In this document: in pieces, positions 58,844 to 64,000 of the stretch
How positions within the stretch are numbered: position 1 is the first letter of the stretch
Layout of the letters: each line of letters begins with the position of its first letter
Assembly (NCBI GenBank): GCA_944393245.1
Contig: CALXZM010000005.1
Location: 22,393-86,392 of the forward strand
Length of the DNA: 64,000 nt
Direction of reading: 5' to 3'
From: an uncultured Alphaproteobacteria bacterium
Lineage (GTDB): Bacteria > Pseudomonadota > Alphaproteobacteria > Rs-D84
Notes under the pieces: generated by a model
The model's input: the letters and a program-made list of their open reading frames with translations, nothing else
Told to the model about the DNA's origin: nothing
Database searches by the model: none
Program-made: the position numbers and the translations under genes

Positions 58844-60304
58844 CTATATTTTTTTATCAACCAAATATGCAATTGGCAAATAAATTACTGCAAATCCACC
58901 AATCGCCGCAAACAAAACAAATATGTTCGGTATCGGCACAAACCACAACATTGCCCCCAATACAACCGCAATAACACCAAACGCAACAATTGCGCGCGTT
59001 GTACGACCGTCCAGACGAATTAATTCACGGCGCATGCATGCCCGACGCAACAGATAATTTTTTAAATAACCACTGACCACCACGCCAACAGGTATTGCCA
59101 AATATCCAATAAAATGAAATGCAGATAAATAAATTACAATTGCCACAATCAATGATGTTATACTGGTTTTTACAGGAGTACGAACATCCTGGGACGCATA
59201 TAATGTTTTGCTGTAAATTTGACTTATCATCATGGCCGGCAAAACCAAAACCTGAATCATTATTGCCATTGCCACCGCATGTGTTGATTCGGGTGTCCAT
59301 GCCCCATATTCAAACAAATATTTTATTATTGGTTCCGCCAATACAAACAATCCAACAACGCACGGCATTATCAGCATCATTGATTTCCGCATGGAAATAT
59401 TTTGTTGACTATAAACACTGGCCATGTTTTTGTCGGCCATTGCATTTGACATCGATGATATCAAAACCGTTCCAACGGCCAATCCAATCAATGCGAATGG
59501 TAACTGAATCATTCTGTCTGAATAATACAGCCATGATACCGCCCCACTTTGAAAACTGGCCACCAATGTACCGATTATTATCGTTATCTGGTAAAAACCG
59601 TTACCAATTATACTGATGCCCAAACGTTTGAACATGCTTTTAATCGCAGGTGTCCACCGTGGCCAAACCAGACGCAACCCAAAATAATGCCGACGTATAC
59701 GCCCCCATAAAATACCAAACTGTATTATACCAGACAAAACAACAGTGAATGCCATGATATATAAAACTGTTTCAGGGGCAAACCACGCCGCAGCCAGCAA
59801 CGCAAATATCAGCATAATGTTCAATAACACCGGCATAAATGCAACCAATAAAAATCGCGAAAATGCGTTTAATATTGCAGATAAAAATGCGGAACTGCAA
59901 ATAAATATCACGTACCAAAACATAATGCGCGATATGGTGACAGTTAACTGCATCTTGCCCGGGTCATCCGCAAATCCGGGTGCCAATATCCATACAACCA
60001 ATGGCATAAATATTTCAAACAGCAACGTTATAAACAGCAATATGACCATCAGCCATGAAAATACGTTTTTGGCGAAATTTTCATCCTTGTTTTTATCCGT
60101 ATACATCGGAATAAATATTGATGACAACGCGCCTTCGCCCAACAGGTCACGGAATAAATTCGGCAATTTAAATGCCGCCAAAAATACGTCTGACAGTCGC
60201 CCCGCCCCGAAAACGTGCGCAATTAACAAGTCACGCAGGAATCCAAACACACGGCTGATTCCTGTCATAACACTTACCCCGAAAATATGTTTGCCTAGTC
60301 CCAT
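58844..60304 (-). CDS. murJ: Lipid II flippase MurJ
   Basis: SRVFGFLRD, PNLFRDLLGEGA, multiple TM helices. Confidence 0.93.
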   Translation of the reverse strand: MGLGKHIFGVSVMTGISRVFGFLRDLLIAHVFGAGRLSDVFLAAFKLPNLFRDLLGEGALSSIFIPMYTDKNKDENFAKNVFSWLMVILLFITLLFEIFMPLVVWILAPGFADDPGKMQLTVTISRIMFWYVIFICSSAFLSAILNAFSRFLLVAFMPVLLNIMLIFALLAAAWFAPETVLYIMAFTVVLSGIIQFGILWGRIRRHYFGLRLVWPRWTPAIKSMFKRLGISIIGNGFYQITIIIGTLVASFQSGAVSWLYYSDRMIQLPFALIGLAVGTVLISSMSNAMADKNMASVYSQQNISMRKSMMLIMPCVVGLFVLAEPIIKYLFEYGAWTPESTHAVAMAIMIQVLVLPAMMISQIYSKTLYASQDVRTPVKTSITSLIVAIVIYLSAFHFIGYLAIPVGVVVSGYLKNYLLRRACMRRELIRLDGRTTRAIVAFGVIAVVLGAMLWFVPIPNIFVLFAAIGGFAVIYLPIAYLVDKKI

Positions 60305-60350
60305 GGTTTGGATTATACTCTCGTTTAAGAAACAAAATCAAGGCAGGAAT

Positions 60351-61130
60351 ATGCACATATATAAAATTTTTATTTTAACGGGCGTGGCCATTATTATGGC
60401 CGGCTGTGCGGGAAATAACGAAATTGTCGCAGACCGCAGTTTACCTGAAATATACGAAACTGCGTATGCTGAATTTAACGACGAAGATTATGAACAGGCC
60501 GCCACAGAATTTTTACACGCAGAAACACAATATCCGTCCAGTCAATGGGCCGCAGATGCGTTGGTAATGGCGGCATATTCACAATACATGGATGGTGATT
60601 TTGCAGGCGCAATTATGACCGTCGACAGATTTATGCGATTCCACCCAGGACATCGTGATGTACCATATATGTTGTATCTGCGTGGGATGTGTTATTATCG
60701 CCAGGTCAGCGATGTTCGCCGCGAACCAGGCATGTCTGCATACGCATTACAGCAATTTCAACAATTGGTTGATCGGTTTCCAAAATCAAAATATGCAGAA
60801 AATGCAAAAAACAAAATTAATATCTTGAAAAACTATATCGCGGGCAAGGCCATGTATTCAGCACGCACGGATATGGCACGCGAAAACTGGCCCAGCGCAA
60901 TTTCACGTCTGCAATTAATTGTGCAAACCGCCCAGGAAACCGTCATGACACCAGAGGCATTATATCGTTTGACCGAATGCTATACCGCAATTGGGTTGCC
61001 GGAACAGGCGTACGGATATGCAGAAATGTTAAAACTGAATTTCCCAGACGATAAATGGACTAAAAAATTAGACAAGCGACCCGCTGATTTTGAATCTGGT
61101 CAAAATATAAATACAGATGACAAAAAATGA
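60351..61130 (+). CDS. bamD: Outer membrane assembly factor BamD
   Basis: AGC lipobox, TPR repeats, RFPKSKYA; true start 60351, not 59745. Confidence 0.9.
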   Translation: MHIYKIFILTGVAIIMAGCAGNNEIVADRSLPEIYETAYAEFNDEDYEQAATEFLHAETQYPSSQWAADALVMAAYSQYMDGDFAGAIMTVDRFMRFHPGHRDVPYMLYLRGMCYYRQVSDVRREPGMSAYALQQFQQLVDRFPKSKYAENAKNKINILKNYIAGKAMYSARTDMARENWPSAISRLQLIVQTAQETVMTPEALYRLTECYTAIGLPEQAYGYAEMLKLNFPDDKWTKKLDKRPADFESGQNINTDDKK

Positions 61131-61498
61131 AAAAATTGTCTGATTCTGATATAGAAAATATGGGCGGGGTGGATTTTATTCCAAACGACCGTGAAATTCG
61201 TAAAAGCGTACGTGCTGAATTAAAAATTCAACCAATGGTCGCGGAACAAAATCCACCGATGTCCCGGCATGTTGTCCTGGATTTACATCATCATACAGAA
61301 GAACAAGCATGGGCAAAAATTATGGATTTGGCCACATCAGGCGCGCGTCGCGCCACCATAATTACCGGTGCCAGTGGCATTTTGCGCCAAAAATTTCCGC
61401 AATGGGTATGCGACAGCATTTTAACACCATATGTTATATCGGCAACCCCGATAAATAACGGCAGTTTTGATGTGCTGTTTCACAAACAGAAAAACTAA
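61127..61498 (+). CDS. Smr domain protein
   Basis: LDLHH, IITG, NNGSF. Confidence 0.75.
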   Translation: MKKLSDSDIENMGGVDFIPNDREIRKSVRAELKIQPMVAEQNPPMSRHVVLDLHHHTEEQAWAKIMDLATSGARRATIITGASGILRQKFPQWVCDSILTPYVISATPINNGSFDVLFHKQKN

Positions 61499-62319
61499 TT
61501 CTGGTTTACCCAGTTTGTTGGATTAATATATTCACCATTATATTTTATGGCATAATGCAAATGTGGCCCGGTGGTAATACCACTGTCACCAGTTTTGGCC
61601 ACAACACAACCAGCACCAACGGCATCACCCTGCTTTGCCAATACACTGTCCAAATGGCAATATACTGTTTCGTATCCATTTGAATGCGATATCTTTAACC
61701 CATTACCACATGAATTATCAGTCCATACAGATTCCACCGTACCAATTGCTGGCGAATACACAGGTGTACCAACGGCCGCCGAAAAATCAATTCCACGATG
61801 AACGGACGGTTTCCCAGTTACTGGATGTGTACGCGCACCATATGGCGATGTAATATGCGTCGTCCCAACCAACGGCACCCCCAATGGGATTTCCTGATTT
61901 GCCGGTGTATTTGGATTGTTTGGTCGACAACGCGGGGTATATTGGGCGATTATACCAGATAAATTTTCCAATTGATTCTGATTATTTTGTGTCGTGTTAT
62001 TTGTTTGATTTTGGGGATGCGGAATTTGATTCAGATATTGTGTCAAATTTGCATTTGCAACATTTGTATTATTTTCCAGAATTTGTAATTCGTCCTGGAT
62101 TGTTATGCCACCATATACGCACCCAGATATGCACCGCCCAGATGCGTCATATTCGGCCTGCCACGGTTCATAACCATCTGTCAGTAAACTAACCCGTTGG
62201 GTAAAAGATAAGTCTGCAACAGTTCCAGGAAATGGTTGCGGTTGTAATAAACTGGCCCCAACAGACGGGTCGCCCACAATAATTAACAGCAAAAAAACAT
62301 ATATTCCCACACACCGCAT
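61495..62319 (-). CDS. M23 family metallopeptidase
   Basis: HRGIDF, YCHL, TGPHLHY. Confidence 0.88.
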   Translation of the reverse strand: MRCVGIYVFLLLIIVGDPSVGASLLQPQPFPGTVADLSFTQRVSLLTDGYEPWQAEYDASGRCISGCVYGGITIQDELQILENNTNVANANLTQYLNQIPHPQNQTNNTTQNNQNQLENLSGIIAQYTPRCRPNNPNTPANQEIPLGVPLVGTTHITSPYGARTHPVTGKPSVHRGIDFSAAVGTPVYSPAIGTVESVWTDNSCGNGLKISHSNGYETVYCHLDSVLAKQGDAVGAGCVVAKTGDSGITTGPHLHYAIKYNGEYINPTNWVNQN

Positions 62320-62351
62320 ATCTGGGTAATTATACCAGATTTTGTGCCAGA

Positions 62352-63518
62352 TTAAAATGCTATCTTTATATTTGCCATTATTGTATGTGCCGTGTACCCA
62401 GACCGTATGTTCAATTTATAATCCAATGCGGCATTAAAGTAATTATTTATTAATTCTATGTTTAACCCGCCATAAAACATTGCACGACGTGGCGCATCAA
62501 CGGGTATATCATAAAATTGATTATCTATTAACTGAACATGTATATTGTCTGTACCGTTGCTGATAACATCATACCCACCGCCCAGACTAAATGTCGGCCT
62601 AACAATAAAATCATTACCGGTAAAATCAAAACTAAAATCAACCCCACCAGACGTGGTTAATGTATTATACCACCAATCATCAAATGCCTGGGCCGTTGCA
62701 TCCAGATATTTATCAGCAAAAAAACGTATATAACGCACAGATACCATTGGCGTCACTGCAATGCGACCACGCATCATACGTATTCCTGTATTCATTTGCC
62801 CAGCATAAAAGTTTGTATCGTATACACTGTTGTCTGGGATTCCGGCAATATTTTTGTCTGATGTCCATCCAGCATCACCAATATTGGCACCAACATTCAC
62901 AAAGAAACCACTGCGCGCCATATATTTTACAAATGTCGATATACTGTTTCCAGTTGCATCGGTATATACCCTGTTATCGTGCGTGTCCGTCATTGTACGT
63001 GTATATTCAACCCCCAACATCAATCCATTGGTCACATAACCGTGCGCACCAACACTGAACCCCGTACTGCGTGTATTAAAATTCCCATTATAATCAGAAT
63101 CATAATCAGCAAACGCACCAAAAACACGCCCATCTAAAACTATTTTTTTATTACCCATATTACAGTTGATAAAATTCGCGGGACATGTGTCACGACGTGC
63201 AGTTATTGGCGTTTCCAGAATACCCAATGCCTGTGAAACATGATGTGTCATTTCAAACAGTGCCATGGCTGTGCTGTTAAAACCTAGTATTGATATAGTA
63301 TTTAAATATCGTTCAACATCACTGGATTGTATTTGATTTATATATGACGCTATGTCTGCGCTGGGGCCAAATTCAGAATATATGCCCGCCCACGCGTGTG
63401 CCGTGTCAATTAAATATTCCGGCATGCCCGCAAAAACATTATCGTTAATTTGGGCCCCCACAGCATTTGCCCCAAATATCAATGAAAATACAGGAAATAA
63501 AATAATTACATTTTTCAT
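62352..63518 (-). CDS. Autotransporter-like beta-barrel outer membrane protein
   Basis: Signal peptide, amphipathic beta strands, terminal Phe. Confidence 0.7.
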   Translation of the reverse strand: MKNVIILFPVFSLIFGANAVGAQINDNVFAGMPEYLIDTAHAWAGIYSEFGPSADIASYINQIQSSDVERYLNTISILGFNSTAMALFEMTHHVSQALGILETPITARRDTCPANFINCNMGNKKIVLDGRVFGAFADYDSDYNGNFNTRSTGFSVGAHGYVTNGLMLGVEYTRTMTDTHDNRVYTDATGNSISTFVKYMARSGFFVNVGANIGDAGWTSDKNIAGIPDNSVYDTNFYAGQMNTGIRMMRGRIAVTPMVSVRYIRFFADKYLDATAQAFDDWWYNTLTTSGGVDFSFDFTGNDFIVRPTFSLGGGYDVISNGTDNIHVQLIDNQFYDIPVDAPRRAMFYGGLNIELINNYFNAALDYKLNIRSGYTAHTIMANIKIAF

Positions 63519-63586
63519 AATGACGCGCCCCGTTTTTTGTTTATAATATGGGGCGAAATAAGAAAATTTAACAGGAACCATTTGCT

Positions 63587-64000
63587 ATGAACAAAGTCAA
63601 AACAGTATATGACCATATTCGCAGTAACAATATTAAAACCATATTGCTGGTGATTTGCTTTCCATTGATTTTTATCGCGCTGATATTCCTGTTCACGTGG
63701 ATTGTCGCGCCGGCGCAAACCGCGATGGAAACGGCAGTACGCGTTGCAATACCAACATTTATTGCGTGCGCGGTGTGGCTGCTGATATCGTGGGCGTTTG
63801 GCGATTCTATGATGCTGAATTCGGCACACGCGCATGAAATTTTTGATACCGATGCCCAAAACCGTGAAATTTTCCGCAGCGTTGAAAATGTAGCAATTGC
63901 AGCCGGACTGCCGCGACCACGTGTATATATCATAGATGATGATTCTATGAACGCATTTGCAACCGGGCGCACACCGCGTGACGCGTCGGTGGCGTTGACC
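63587..64000 (+). CDS. htpX: HtpX (M48) protease, N-terminal part (runs off window)
   Basis: Manual translation: MNKVKTVYDHIRSNNIKT...VENVAIAAGLPRPRVYII...NAFATGR. Confidence 0.85.
   Translation, partial: MNKVKTVYDHIRSNNIKTILLVICFPLIFIALIFLFTWIVAPAQTAMETAVRVAIPTFIACAVWLLISWAFGDSMMLNSAHAHEIFDTDAQNREIFRSVENVAIAAGLPRPRVYIIDDDSMNAFATGRTPRDASVALT

Noticed and set aside
59745-60350. N-terminal extension of the BamD ORF
   Set aside because: Antisense to murJ; the lipoprotein signal starts at 60351.

Overview
Bacterial chromosome segment, probably from a small-genome gut alphaproteobacterium (inferred from gene content and style; no database check). 1-6150 is a variable flank: a partial ABC-F gene with a leader, NUDIX/ASCH/peptidase E genes, an MFS pseudogene and a PcfJ-domain protein with 11 x 120-bp repeats. 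About 6192-29968 is a ~24 kb AT-rich island integrated at the 3' end of tRNA-Ser(GGA), bounded by a 54-bp imperfect direct repeat. Its backbone has a large serine recombinase plus DUF2924-, DUF5681- and terminase-C-like genes. Its cargo is mostly defence: Hachiman-like HamAB, a NucS-like nuclease, a C5 methyltransferase, a frameshifted PLD nuclease, an APH-family kinase, Mrr, a type I-like RM system with fused HsdM-HsdS, and a DRT2-type reverse transcriptase. The main finding is upstream of that RT: a ~300-nt structured ncRNA containing a 123-nt segment bounded by TGT/ACA motifs. Joined head-to-tail, this segment creates a TTGTCA-N17-TATAAT promoter and a stop-free 41-aa repeating ORF (a hidden neo-type gene) that does not exist in the linear genome. 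30000-64000 is core genome (rpoZ, mtaB, dacA, holB, smpB, xerC, trpS, rpsD, hup, alaS, rnj, lysS, tRNA-Gly, tgt, queA, era, dcd, rlpA, murJ, bamD, htpX). It includes a candidate Lys-codon attenuator before a class II lysS and a divergent RelA/SpoT-like ORF.
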